Assembly (NCBI GenBank): GCA_963754315.1
Contig: CAVWFS010000013.1
Span: 128,001 to 192,000 of the forward strand
Origin: an uncultured Candidatus Rokubacteria bacterium
GTDB taxonomy: Bacteria; Methylomirabilota; Methylomirabilia; Rokubacteriales; CSP1-6
Length of the DNA: 64,000 bases
Reading direction: 5' to 3'
Part shown: piece by piece, positions 10,204 to 20,496 of the stretch
Position numbering within the stretch: position 1 is the stretch's first letter
Layout: every line of letters starts with the position of its first letter
Translations under genes and position numbers: made by a program
The notes under the pieces: generated by a model
What the model saw: only the letters and a program-made list of their open reading frames with translations
Databases searched by the model: none
What the model was told of the DNA's origin: nothing

Positions 10204-11928
10204 CTACGTCGTGCGGCCGCCGGGCCCTCGCAGCAGGACACCCGGCAGGTTCCCGGTGGCCGTGCCGTTCTCCAATGTCACCTGGCCGTTGACGACGGTG
10301 GCGACGATGCCTTCCGCCTTCTGGACGAGGCGTCGCGCGCCGCCGGGGAGATCGGTCTCCACCGTCGGCATGGCCGGCCGCACCCGCTTCTCGTCGAACA
10401 GCACGAGGTCCGCGCGGTAACCGGCGCGCACGAGGCCGCGATCGTTGAGCTCCCACGCAGAGGCATTGTCGAAGCTCAGCTTGCGCACGGCTTCCTCCAG
10501 GGTGAAGGCCTGCTTTGTGCGCACCCAGTAGTTCAGCAGGTGCGTCTGCAAGGATGAGCCCATCTCCTGGCAGACGTGCGCGCCCGAATCCGAGAACGTG
10601 GCCAATGTGCGCGGGTGTCGCAGCATGCCCAGCACATGGTCGGGATCCTCGTTGACCAGCGGTTGCACGAACACCTGGTTGTCGTCGGCCAGCACCAGAT
10701 CGATCATCGCCTCGACCGGATGGGTTCCGCCCTGGGCGGCCAGCTGGGCCACGGTCGGATCGTCCCAGTCGACACCTCGCATGGCGTAGAGGTTGGCGTA
10801 GTCTGGCCGGCGCGGATCGGTGGTGGCAGCGCCGCCGCCCTGGAACACGTCGTCGCGGGGCTTCATTCCCGCTTCCTCCGCCACCAGCTGACGCCGCGTG
10901 GCCGGGTCGCGCAGGCGCCGTTTCTGCTCGTCCAGGGGAAGCGCGCGGACCTGCCGCCATGTCGGGAGCCCGTCGAAGGGCAGATAGGACTTGAGGGAGA
11001 AGATGGCGTTGATCGACCGCGTGGTCGTCTGCCCCCACATGCGGGCCCCGGCCGTCGCGCACTCGTTCAGGTACTCGAGCTGGTACGTCCAGGGGTTGGG
11101 ATCCTTGCCCTGGCGGCTCGAGATGGTGCCGAACATGACTGGGCGCCCGGACTCCAGGGCGATTCGTTTCAAGCGGGCGAAGAAGGTACGCTGCGCCTGG
11201 CCGCCCGAGGTGTCCGGCCCCACCTGGAAGATCCCGGCGTTCAGATCGGCCATGGCTCCCACCAATCGATCGATCTCCGACCAGTCCGCGATCCGGCTGG
11301 CCACCGGCGTATCGTCCGGCGTGACATGGGTCGGCGAGCGCGAGCTCGAGAAGCCCATGGCCCCCGCGCGCAGAGCTTCCTGCACGGCCGCCGCCATGCG
11401 GGTCAGATCATTCTCGGTCGCCACTTCGGTGAGAGCCCGCTCGCCCATCACGTACATGCGCAAGGCGGAGTGGCCGATGTAGGCACCGTAGTTGATGGCC
11501 TTGGGCAGCCGGTCGACCGTGGCCAGGTACTCCGGGAAGCTCTCCCACGTCCAGTCGATCCCGGCCAGCATCGCTTCGGTGGGAATGTCCTCCACGGCGG
11601 TCAAGCAGCGCGCGAACCATTCGCGCGCCGCGGGTCGGCACGGGGCCAGCGCAAACCCACAGTTACCCATGATCACGCTGGTCACGCCGTGCCAGCAGGA
11701 GCAGCTTCCCAGCCGGTCCCACGAGACTTGAGCATCCATGTGGGTGTGGCCATCGATGAAGCCCGGCGCGACGATCAGGCCGTCGGCGTCGAGGGTGCGC
11801 TGGGCCATCGATCGAATGCGTCCGATCTCGACAATCCAGCCGTCCTTGATCCCGACATCCCCTCGATAGCGCGCGGCGCCCGAGCCGTCGACGATCGTCC
11901 CGTGGCGAATCACCAGATCAAGACCCAT
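10204..11928 (-). CDS. N-acyl-D-amino-acid deacylase family amidohydrolase
   Basis: LVIRHGTIVDGSG, PGFIDGHTHMD, GVTSVIMGNCG, SDSGAH, GYRADLVLFD. Confidence 0.9.
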   Translation of the reverse strand: MGLDLVIRHGTIVDGSGAARYRGDVGIKDGWIVEIGRIRSMAQRTLDADGLIVAPGFIDGHTHMDAQVSWDRLGSCSCWHGVTSVIMGNCGFALAPCRPAAREWFARCLTAVEDIPTEAMLAGIDWTWESFPEYLATVDRLPKAINYGAYIGHSALRMYVMGERALTEVATENDLTRMAAAVQEALRAGAMGFSSSRSPTHVTPDDTPVASRIADWSEIDRLVGAMADLNAGIFQVGPDTSGGQAQRTFFARLKRIALESGRPVMFGTISSRQGKDPNPWTYQLEYLNECATAGARMWGQTTTRSINAIFSLKSYLPFDGLPTWRQVRALPLDEQKRRLRDPATRRQLVAEEAGMKPRDDVFQGGGAATTDPRRPDYANLYAMRGVDWDDPTVAQLAAQGGTHPVEAMIDLVLADDNQVFVQPLVNEDPDHVLGMLRHPRTLATFSDSGAHVCQEMGSSLQTHLLNYWVRTKQAFTLEEAVRKLSFDNASAWELNDRGLVRAGYRADLVLFDEKRVRPAMPTVETDLPGGARRLVQKAEGIVATVVNGQVTLENGTATGNLPGVLLRGPGGRTT

Positions 11929-11939
11929 ATGGCGTCCTC

Positions 11940-13166
11940 TCAGCGGATGATCGGGCCGGTTCCGGGCCCGTCGCTCTTCATCGGCGGCAACACATCGCGA
12001 GGATCGAGGCCGAGCTCGAGCAGGCCCAGGCTGGCCAGGCAAAAGTCGGGTGGGGGAAATTGCACGGGCGCGACCGCACCGTCGCGAAACAGCAATTCCA
12101 GCGGCGAAGTCTTGAACAGCGCATGAGCGCCGCCGAGGGTCATGGCCGTGCGGGTGATCCGGGTCACTGCTTCCCCCACGTAATACTTGGCGCGGTAGAA
12201 CGCGGACAAGGTCGCGGGGGTCGGCCCCTCGGTGTCGCTCAGCCAGGCCGAGTGATAGGTCAGCAGACGGGCCGCTTCCAGATCCACGCTCATCTCCGCC
12301 ACGTGCCGCCGCACATCGGGATGGTACGCCAGCGACTGCGAGTACCCGGGCGGAGTTCGACCGTGCACGATCTCGCGAATTGCGCGATAGGCGGCCACGG
12401 CGATCCCGAGGTAGACCGCCGTGTACGAGCCCCAGGCCCAGTTGGCCGCCGAGCGGCGAAACGCGACGATGTCGTCGGACCGGACCAGGACATTCTCCTC
12501 CGGTACCCAGCACTCTTCGAGGATCATCGAGTCGCTGCGGGTCGCCCGCATCCCGAGCGTATCCCACACGCGCTCCACCTTGCGCCCGCTCGCCCCGAGA
12601 GGCACGAGAAGCAAAATGCCCGCGGTGGGGGACGTCGAATCGTCGGGATAGGCCAGGACGGCGGTATAGTCGGCCGCCTCCAGCATGGAGGCAAAAGCCT
12701 TGCGGCCGCTGATCCGATATCCACCGTCGGCCTGCCGAGCGCGCGTCAGCGGCACGGGCGTACCCACCAGGCCGGACGTCGTGGGCTCCGAGAAGTTGCC
12801 GGCGATGAGCTTGCCCTCGTGCACCACCATCTTGGCCAGTCGCGCCTTGGTGCCGACCGCCACCAGGGGACTCTCCATGATCGGCCCCACCATCGAGAAG
12901 TGCATGTTGAAGGCAAGGGCCGTCGAGGGACAGCCCTGGGCCAACTCTTCCGCGACGAGCGAGTAGCCAAGCAAGCCCACTCCGTCGCCCCCCAGCTCGG
13001 CGGGCACGTTCAGGCCGTAGAATCCCGCCTCGCGCAGGACGGCGTAGTTTTCCATCGGGTGGCTCGCCTCGCGGTCGTGCCGGGTCGCACGCGTGGCGAA
13101 GTCGCGAGCCAAGGTTCGCGCGCGTTCCTGGAGCCCGCGCTGTTCCTCGGTGACGCGAAAGTCCAT
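11940..13166 (-). CDS. Acyl-CoA dehydrogenase family protein
   Basis: MDFRVTEEQ, VPAELGGDG, ISGRKAFAS, WDTLGMRATRSD. Confidence 0.88.
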   Translation of the reverse strand: MDFRVTEEQRGLQERARTLARDFATRATRHDREASHPMENYAVLREAGFYGLNVPAELGGDGVGLLGYSLVAEELAQGCPSTALAFNMHFSMVGPIMESPLVAVGTKARLAKMVVHEGKLIAGNFSEPTTSGLVGTPVPLTRARQADGGYRISGRKAFASMLEAADYTAVLAYPDDSTSPTAGILLLVPLGASGRKVERVWDTLGMRATRSDSMILEECWVPEENVLVRSDDIVAFRRSAANWAWGSYTAVYLGIAVAAYRAIREIVHGRTPPGYSQSLAYHPDVRRHVAEMSVDLEAARLLTYHSAWLSDTEGPTPATLSAFYRAKYYVGEAVTRITRTAMTLGGAHALFKTSPLELLFRDGAVAPVQFPPPDFCLASLGLLELGLDPRDVLPPMKSDGPGTGPIIR

Positions 13167-13189
13167 GGGATGGCTCCTCGCCGGGGCCG

Positions 13190-14472
13190 TCAGAGCAACC
13201 CGAGATCCAGAGTGGCCGCGCCCGGGAAGACCGTCTGCAGACGCGCGTTGGAGAAACCGTACATGCGCTGGAAGAGGCCTCCCAGGAGCGCCCGGTAGTC
13301 GGTCAACACGGGCCAGTCGCGGTCCTGATTCAAGGTGCGACGGGTGAGTACGACCTGGTTGCCCGCGATACGACCACCATTCACCGCACCGCCGAGCACC
13401 CAGTAGACGGTGCCGTACCCATGATCGGTCCCACGGGTGCCGTTTTCCCGGAAGGTCCGGCCGAACTCGGACAGGACGATCACCACCGTGTCGGTCCAGT
13501 CCGTTCCCATGTGTTGCGCAAACGCGGCGAGCCCCTGCCCGAGACCGTCCAGACGCTGGGCAAGCTGACCCCGGGCGGCGCCCTGGTCGACGTGCGTGTC
13601 CCAGCCGCCCACGTCGAGGAAGCCGAGATTGAACTTCTCGCGCATGAGCCCGGCCACCCGGCGCGCCACGACGTCGAAGCCGCGCGCGCTGATGGCGTTG
13701 CGGCTGGCGGCACGCATTTCGCCGTCCATACCGCCCGTCAATGTCTCGGTCTGGCGGCTGACCATGCGGCGCAGCTCCAGCCCTTCGCTGATCAGCGGCT
13801 CGAACCGGGTGCCGACGTACATGCTCGCCAGAAGCTTCATCCGTCGATCGTCGATCGGCCCTCGCCCCCGACCCCGAAGCGAGACGTTGGGCACCACGAC
13901 ATCGCCGGCCATCACGGTGGGGAGGCCCTCGGTGAACGAGACCGGCTGGGCGGCCCCGCCGAGGGCAGCGGCCAGTCGGTTCAGGAAACCCGATCCGTAG
14001 GCTCTGTGCCCGCCCGGCGCCAAGGGCAGCCCGCACTCGATGCTGTCCTGCGTCTCGAAGTGGCTGCGTGTCATGTCCTCCGAGCCGGCGAAGGCGACGA
14101 ACGCGAGGTGCCGCTGTTGCCAGAGCGGGTAGAGGCTGTCCTTCAAGACTGGGTGCAAGCCCCAGCTCACCGCATCCCTGGGCTGCGCAAGGGGCAGGGC
14201 TGCGCCGGATTGGCCGGATCGGGCCGCGCCACCGCCAAGGTGGGCCGCGCCTCGTAGTAGAACGGGCTTCCGACCGGGATCACGACGTTGGCCGCGTCGT
14301 AGCCCCCGCGCAGGAACACGAGCAAGAGCTTGGCGCCGTCTGCCGTCGGCGTCGCGTAGGCTCCCGCCCTGATCGGCGGAAGCAGACCTGCCGCGCTCGC
14401 CCCGCCGGCCAGCGCCAACCCGAGCAGAGTGCGCCGTCGCAGAGGCCTCTCGATCCTCACCGCTGCATCCAT
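13190..14472 (-). CDS. DUF1501 family protein with Tat signal (frameshift near 14170)
   Basis: LRRRTLL Tat-like signal, VFLRGGYD, RSHFETQD, GGWDTH, SEFGRTFRENGTRGTDHG. Confidence 0.88.
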
Positions 14473-16026
14473 TCCGGCGACGCCAGCAGCACCATGTTCC
14501 ACTCCTCCTCCGAGGCGCGCGCGAGAGCGGCACGGGTTCGCGCACCGAGGGAGGGCTCGATCGCCTCGTGAAAGAGGCCGTTGTTCAACGTTGGCCGCCT
14601 CGGAGGCGCCGGGCGCTGGGTTTCGTCCGCGGAGTCGACCAGCTTGGCGCGGCCGCTTCCGATCGCGCCGGCAATCTCGAAGCGTGTGATCAACTGACCC
14701 GGGCTCGCCCAGGCCCGTTCCACCAGAGCAAAGCCGTCAGGAGTCAGCCGGCCGTACAGTGGCTGCCCGAGTTGGTTCAGCCAGCCGAACACCGGGCGGT
14801 AGTTGGTGATGACGGTGCCGTCGTAGGCGAGCCGCAGAGAGGACACGAGGAACTGCATCGGATCCTTGAACTTGCCAGCCCCGGCGTCGACGTCGGCCTG
14901 GGCCGCTGGCCAGGACAGGCGACATGAACATCGTCTTCAGGACGGCCGCGATGTTGCCGTCCGTCCGCCGAAACGTGGCGATCATCGCCTCGACCACGGC
15001 TGGCGGCGGATCATCGGCGACGAAGTAGGTGGCGATCTTACCGCTGACGAAGCGCGCGGTCGCGGGATTCCGGCACAGCAAGGTGACCATCTGCCCCACT
15101 TCAGAAAGCCCGCGGCCCTCGATGCGAGAATCAAGCACGACCTTGACCCCGAAGTCGTGGCGCGCCGGATTGAACTCGAACAAGCCCCGACGCACGTGGA
15201 ATGGCTGGAGCGCGCGGGAGAGCGTGGGTGGGTTGGCGGCGGCGATACCAACCCCGGTCAGCACCCGGGCCACTTCCTGCACGTCATCCTGGGAGTAGCG
15301 CGAGCCGCTCGGCCCGCCGCTGACACCGAGCGTGTGCAATTCCATCAGCTCACGTGCGTAGTTCTCGTTCACGCGCCCGACCGTGCTCTGCTTGTTGTCC
15401 AGGTACTCGAGCATGGTCGGCGAAAGCGCCGTGGCCAGCACCAGATCGCGGAACTGTCCGAGCGCGTGCCAGCGCACCACGTGCTCCTCATACTCGGCCA
15501 AGGTCCAGGACACCGTGCCCTTGCCCGCGAAGACGTTGAAGTGGTTCATCCAGAACCACGTCATCTGCTCGCGCAGCTGCGTCGGGGAGTAGAGCGCCCG
15601 CATCAGGTGACGGGTGGCGGTTTCGTCGCGGACGTTCAGCGCCGCCTGACGGTGGGCCGCCCGCGCTTGCTGCTTGTCGTCCTCACTTGGCAGAGCCGCG
15701 ATACGCCGCTGCTCGGCCTCGGCCTGACGCAGCAGCTGCTCGCCGGTGTGCTGGCTGATGCTGAGGGCGGCGATGGCCGTCCCCAGCTCGGGCGGATCCG
15801 CAGGCGGCCCGGTAAGCTGCTCGTCCAGAAAACGCGTGCGTCCAAGCTCACGGTAGCGGACGAGGGTGGCGCTGTTGACCCCGAACGTCACGCGGTTGAG
15901 CCAGCGTATGTCCTCCTCGGTCAGCGGGCCCGTGATGGTTACGGGGGCGGCCGGACGGTCGACTGGTGCGACTGGTGCGGTACAGGCCGTCAGCAGCGCG
16001 CAGAGGACTAACAGCAGCCTCACCAT
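14457..16026 (-). CDS. DUF1800 family protein, putative lipoprotein (frameshift near 14900)
   Basis: Lipobox LTAC; QLREQMTWFWMNHF, NENYARELMELHTLG; C-terminal LLASPEWMQR. Confidence 0.88.
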
Positions 16027-16125
16027 GGGGCGATGGTGCGTCTCACCCTCGGGTGTGTCAAGGCCGCGCGGCCGGGGCTCGGCTACAATGCGGGGGAAAT
16101 GACTCCGCATGGAGGAGGATAGCGC

Positions 16126-16455
16126 GTGAGCACACCTGCCCCCGTCCCGTCAGCCAGGGATGAAGTTCGACCGGTGGTTCCGAAGCTCATCGACCTCAGT
16201 GAGTCCGTCCTGTACGGTGACGTGTGGGAGCGTCCGGGCCTGTCGAAGCGTGACCGCAGCCTCATCACGGTGGCGGCGCTCGTCGCTCTGTATCGCGGCG
16301 ACCAGCTCCGCGGCCACATCGAGCGCGCTCTGGCCAACGGAGTGACCCGAGAGGAGATCGGCGAGGTGATTACCCATCTCGCCTTCTATTCCGGCTGGCC
16401 CACCGCGATGACCGCAGCCCGCATCGCGCGAACCGTCTTCGACCAGCCCAAGTAG
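16126..16455 (+). CDS. Carboxymuconolactone decarboxylase family protein
   Basis: SD GGAGGAGG; GDVWERPGLSKRDRSLITVAAL, THLAFYSGWP. Confidence 0.92.
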   Translation: MSTPAPVPSARDEVRPVVPKLIDLSESVLYGDVWERPGLSKRDRSLITVAALVALYRGDQLRGHIERALANGVTREEIGEVITHLAFYSGWPTAMTAARIARTVFDQPK

Positions 16456-16469
16456 CCGACCGGTTCTCA

Positions 16470-16735
16470 AGCGCGACGGGTCCCCCGGGGCGCGACGAGC
16501 GCGGGGGGGGGGTCGCCGAGACCCCAGAAGCAAGCGTGTGATCGAGGAGCGCCACGGGTCCCCCGGGGCGCGACGAGCGCGGGGGGGGTTGGGGGGTCGC
16601 CGAGACCCCCCATGTAATCAATCGGGCCAGGGGGCCCTTTCGAGGCCCCAGAAGCGAGCGTGTGATCGAGGAGCGCCACGGGTTTCCCGGGGCGCGACGA
16701 GCGCAGGGGGGCCGGGGGGCCTTCGGGCCCCCCAT
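16470..16735. repeat. Intergenic REP-like array: three core units and four GC hairpins
   Basis: Core ACGGGTYYCCCGGGGCGCGACGAGCGC three times; linker AGAAGCRAGCGTGTGATCGAGG twice; G-run/C-run stems. Confidence 0.88.
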
Positions 16736-16753
16736 AATAAGGAGGCATTCTTT

Positions 16754-17080
16754 ATGGTGGACGAAGCCGACCCGACGGGAAACCCGATCGGTACCGAGCT
16801 GGTGTTCGAGGACGACAGCGTGCGAGTCTGGCGAATCGATCTCGCCCCGGGCCAGAAGGCGGGGTGGCACACTCATCATCTCGACTACACCTCGATTGTC
16901 ATCGAGGGCGACGTGGTGGAACGCCCAAATGGAGACGGCTCGGTAGACCGGATCGAGGTCACCCCAGGAACAATAATGCGGTGGCACCAGGGGACACTGC
17001 GGCACGCGCTCCAGAACGTGGGAACCAAGCGCTTCCGCAACGTGATCGTCGAGGTCAAGGGTCGCCAAACGGGCGCCTGA
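16754..17080 (+). CDS. Cupin domain protein
   Basis: SD TAAGGAGG; VRVWRIDLAPGQKAGWHTH, HALQNVG, IVEVK. Confidence 0.87.
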   Translation: MVDEADPTGNPIGTELVFEDDSVRVWRIDLAPGQKAGWHTHHLDYTSIVIEGDVVERPNGDGSVDRIEVTPGTIMRWHQGTLRHALQNVGTKRFRNVIVEVKGRQTGA

Positions 17081-17129
17081 CGCCTCCAGGATGCCGACGA
17101 CGCACAACCGTGCCCGGAAAGGAGCGAGT

Positions 17130-18677
17130 ATGCCGAGCCATCATCGTCAACTCCGAACACTCAGCAGGCGAGCCATCGTGGGCGCCCTCGGATTCGTCAT
17201 CGCCCTGGTGGGCCTCTCCATCACCGAGCCGGTGGCGGCGGCGCCCACCGGTGAGGTGAGGATCGGCCTTGCAGCCGAGCCCAACACGTTCGACCCGCAT
17301 CTGACCGTGGGCCGCAACACGCAGATCTTCATCGTCAACGTCTACGACGGGCTGACCGCCCGCGACGCTCAGGGCACCCTGGTCCCTGCGCTCGCCGAGT
17401 CCTGGAAGCGATTGAATCCAACCACGTGGCAGTTCGTCCTGCGCAAGGGCGTGAAGTTCCACAATGGCGACGACTTCAACGCCGATGCGGTCAAGTTCAC
17501 CCTCGAGAGAGCCATCAACCCGGAGACCAAGGCGACGATCATCTCCGAGCTGAGCACCATCGCCAAGGTCGAGATCGTGGACAACTACACGGTGAACGTG
17601 ATCACCAAGGCGCCTGACTTCCTGTTGCCGGTGCGTCTGGGCGAGCTGTACGGCCTCATGCTCTCCCCGAAGCACACGAACGCGGTGGGCAAGGAAGCCA
17701 TCGCCACCAAACCCAACGGGACCGGGCCCTTCAAGCTAGTCTCGTGGGCGAAGAACGAGCGCTTGGTGCTCGAGGCCAACGAGAATTACTGGCGGGGGGC
17801 GCCCAAGGTCAAGACCATCACCGTCCGGCCGATCCTGGAGGACGCCGCCCGCATCGCCGCGCTCCAGACAGGTGAGGTGGATCTGATCGCGCCGATCCCC
17901 TACGTCCGCATCGAGGAGCTGAAGAAAAACGACAAGCTCGTCATCAAGACGATCGCCGCGCCGCGCATCTTTCACGTGACCATCGATGTACGGAAGCCCC
18001 CCTTCGACAACGTCAAGGTGCGCCAGGCCCTGAACCACGCCGTCGACGTGAACGCGATCTTGAAGTCCCTCTACTTCGGCCACGGGACCAGGCTCGCGAC
18101 GGTCGTCGATAAGGGAGCCCTCGGCTACGATGCGAGCCTCGCCCCCTACCCGTTCGACTTGCGGAAGGCCAAGACCCTGCTGGCGGAAGCGGGGTTCCCG
18201 AACGGCTTCGAGACGGAGTTCGACAGCTTCACGGGCAGCATCGCCGATCACGCCAAGCCGGCCGAGGCGATCGTGGGCTACCTGCAGAAAGCCGGGCTCA
18301 CGATCAAGCACAACGTCTTCGAGTTCTCGTCCTTCGGTCCGCGCCGGGTGAACAATCGCACGGCCCCGCTGTTCATCTACAGTATCGGTAACGCGTACCT
18401 CGAGCCCTCCTGGGTGATTCGCTGGATGACCCAGGGCGGCCTGGGCATGCACTATCGGAACGCCCAGCTCGACGAGATGCTCACCCGGATCGAGGCCACG
18501 GACGACCCCAAGAAACGAGCGGAGCAGTACCGCGACGTGCAGAAGCTGATCAAGGACGACGCGCCCTTCATCTTCCTCTTCCAGGCCGACGCGGTGTTCG
18601 GGATGAGCACCCGGATCGACTACACGCCGCGGCCGGACGAGACCCAGTGGCTATATCCGCTGGGGCTGAAGGGATGA
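17130..18677 (+). CDS. ABC transporter substrate-binding protein, family 5 (peptide/nickel type)
   Basis: Signal peptide; LRKGVKFHNG, PNGTGPFK, RIAALQTGEVD, KVRQALNHAVD. Confidence 0.93.
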   Translation: MPSHHRQLRTLSRRAIVGALGFVIALVGLSITEPVAAAPTGEVRIGLAAEPNTFDPHLTVGRNTQIFIVNVYDGLTARDAQGTLVPALAESWKRLNPTTWQFVLRKGVKFHNGDDFNADAVKFTLERAINPETKATIISELSTIAKVEIVDNYTVNVITKAPDFLLPVRLGELYGLMLSPKHTNAVGKEAIATKPNGTGPFKLVSWAKNERLVLEANENYWRGAPKVKTITVRPILEDAARIAALQTGEVDLIAPIPYVRIEELKKNDKLVIKTIAAPRIFHVTIDVRKPPFDNVKVRQALNHAVDVNAILKSLYFGHGTRLATVVDKGALGYDASLAPYPFDLRKAKTLLAEAGFPNGFETEFDSFTGSIADHAKPAEAIVGYLQKAGLTIKHNVFEFSSFGPRRVNNRTAPLFIYSIGNAYLEPSWVIRWMTQGGLGMHYRNAQLDEMLTRIEATDDPKKRAEQYRDVQKLIKDDAPFIFLFQADAVFGMSTRIDYTPRPDETQWLYPLGLKG

Positions 18678-18678
18678 G

Positions 18679-19596
18679 GTGCGCGCCTACATCGTCGGCC
18701 GGCTGGCCACCGCGATTCTCGTCATCCTCGGGGTGTCGATCGTCTCCTTCTTCTTGACGTTCCTGACCGGGGATCCGGCGGAGATCATGCTGCCGCCGGG
18801 CGCGACCGCGGCCCAGATCGCGCAGTTCCGGGCCGAGTGGGGCTTCGACGATCCGTTGCCCGTCCAGTACTGGCGGTTTCTGAAACGGGCGGTGCACGGT
18901 GACTTCGGGATCTCCCTGCGCCATGGACAGTCCTCGCTGCCGTTGATCGCGGCCCGGCTGCCCGCCACCTTGCAGCTCACCTTGACCGCGATGGTGCTCG
19001 CCATCGTCCTCGCGCTGCCGCTGGGCGTGCTCGCGGCGACCCATCGCGGCCGTCCGATCGACTTGCTGGCCATGGGGGTGGCACTGTTCGGCCAATCCGT
19101 CCCCAACTTCTGGCTGGCCATCATGATGATCCTGCTCTTCGCGGTGTCCTGGGGATTGCTGCCGACCTCCGGACGCGGCGGCATCGCCCACGTGGTGATG
19201 CCGGCGGTGGCCATCGCAATCAATCTGATGGCGCTCCTGACTCGCCTGGTCCGCTCGACCATGATCGAGTTGCTCAGCGAGGATTACATCCGCACCGCCC
19301 GCGCGAAGGGGCTGCGCGAATTGTTCGTGACGACCGGCCATGCGCTCCCCAACGCGCTGATCCCGCTGGTGACAGTGATCGGGTTGCAGTTCGGCTATAT
19401 CCTCGGAGGGGCAGTGGTGATCGAGACGGTCTTTACCTGGCCCGGAGTCGGGCTGTTCACGATCCAGGCGATCCTCAACCGTGACTACCCGGTCGTACAG
19501 GCCTCGGTGTTCATCCTGGCCACGGCGGTGGTGCTGATCAACCTGATCGTGGACCTGCTGTACGTCTGGCTGGATCCGCGTATTCGGGTGGCGTAG
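18679..19596 (+). CDS. ABC transporter permease (DppB-like)
   Basis: EDYIRTARAKG, ETVFTWPGVG, LDPRIR. Confidence 0.93.
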   Translation: MRAYIVGRLATAILVILGVSIVSFFLTFLTGDPAEIMLPPGATAAQIAQFRAEWGFDDPLPVQYWRFLKRAVHGDFGISLRHGQSSLPLIAARLPATLQLTLTAMVLAIVLALPLGVLAATHRGRPIDLLAMGVALFGQSVPNFWLAIMMILLFAVSWGLLPTSGRGGIAHVVMPAVAIAINLMALLTRLVRSTMIELLSEDYIRTARAKGLRELFVTTGHALPNALIPLVTVIGLQFGYILGGAVVIETVFTWPGVGLFTIQAILNRDYPVVQASVFILATAVVLINLIVDLLYVWLDPRIRVA

Positions 19597-19679
19597 GTAT
19601 CCCTCCCTCGCCGCCCCCCTCTCCGCTCCGGCTGGCTCGGCGCAGCCCGCTGGCCGGCCTGGGCGCGCTGATCGTCGGC

Positions 19680-20468
19680 ATGGTCATCGTGGCGGCGCTG
19701 GGGGCACCGCTGCTGGCCACCACCGATCCCATCGAGCAAGACCTGACCGTCGTGCTGAAGCCACCGTTCTGGCAGGAGGAGGGTTCGCTCCAGCATCCGC
19801 TCGGCACCGACCATCTGGGACGAGACGTGTACTCGCGCCTCGTGTATGGCGCCCGCATCTCGCTCAGCATCAGCGTGCTGGCCGCGCTGCTCGGCGCGGT
19901 GGTCGGAGTGGCAGCGGGGCTCGTGGCCGGGTTCCGGGGAGGGCGGGTCGACGCTGTCATCATGCGTCTGGTCGACCTGAACCTGGCCTTCCCGCTGATC
20001 CTGCTCGCGCTGGCCGTGGTGGCGCTTCTTGGCGCCAACCTGCGCAACCTGGTGATCGTGATGGCGCTCACCACCTGGATGATCTATGCGCGGGTGGTGC
20101 GCGGCCTGAGCCTCGGCCTGCGCGAGCGCGAGTTCGTCCAGGCGGCCCGGGCCCTGGGCGCGCACGACACGAGGATCATCGGCCGCCACGTGCTGCCCAA
20201 CGTGCTGGCCCCGGTCATGGTGATCTGGACTTTGGAAGTGGCGCGGGTCATCCTGATGGAGTCGGCCTTGTCCTTTCTCGGCCTCGGAGTGCCACCTCCC
20301 ACACCCACCTGGGGCCGCATGCTCGCCGAGGGGCGCGACTACTTGACGGTAGCCGGCTGGATCGCGATCTTCCCGGGGCTGGCAATCCTGATCACGGTGC
20401 TCGGGATCAACTTCCTCGGCGATGGTCTGCGCGACCTCCTCGATCCGCGCCTGCGCCAGCAAACGTAG
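19680..20468 (+). CDS. ABC transporter permease (DppC-like); the frame is open further upstream so the start is uncertain
   Basis: HPLGTDHLGRD, EFVQAARALGA, HVLPN, NFLGDGLRDLLDPR. Confidence 0.9.
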   Translation: MVIVAALGAPLLATTDPIEQDLTVVLKPPFWQEEGSLQHPLGTDHLGRDVYSRLVYGARISLSISVLAALLGAVVGVAAGLVAGFRGGRVDAVIMRLVDLNLAFPLILLALAVVALLGANLRNLVIVMALTTWMIYARVVRGLSLGLREREFVQAARALGAHDTRIIGRHVLPNVLAPVMVIWTLEVARVILMESALSFLGLGVPPPTPTWGRMLAEGRDYLTVAGWIAIFPGLAILITVLGINFLGDGLRDLLDPRLRQQT

Positions 20469-20496
20469 AGGACGATCCGTGGTATCGATAAGGGCC

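Noticed and set aside
10204..14036. Long N-terminal extensions of ORFs 10204..12567 and 11940..14036
   Set aside because: The extensions overlap neighbouring real genes in other frames; family motifs begin at 11928 and 13166
16470..16735. Possible CRISPR array
   Set aside because: The intervening sequences are themselves repeated, the spacing is irregular, and there are no cas genes
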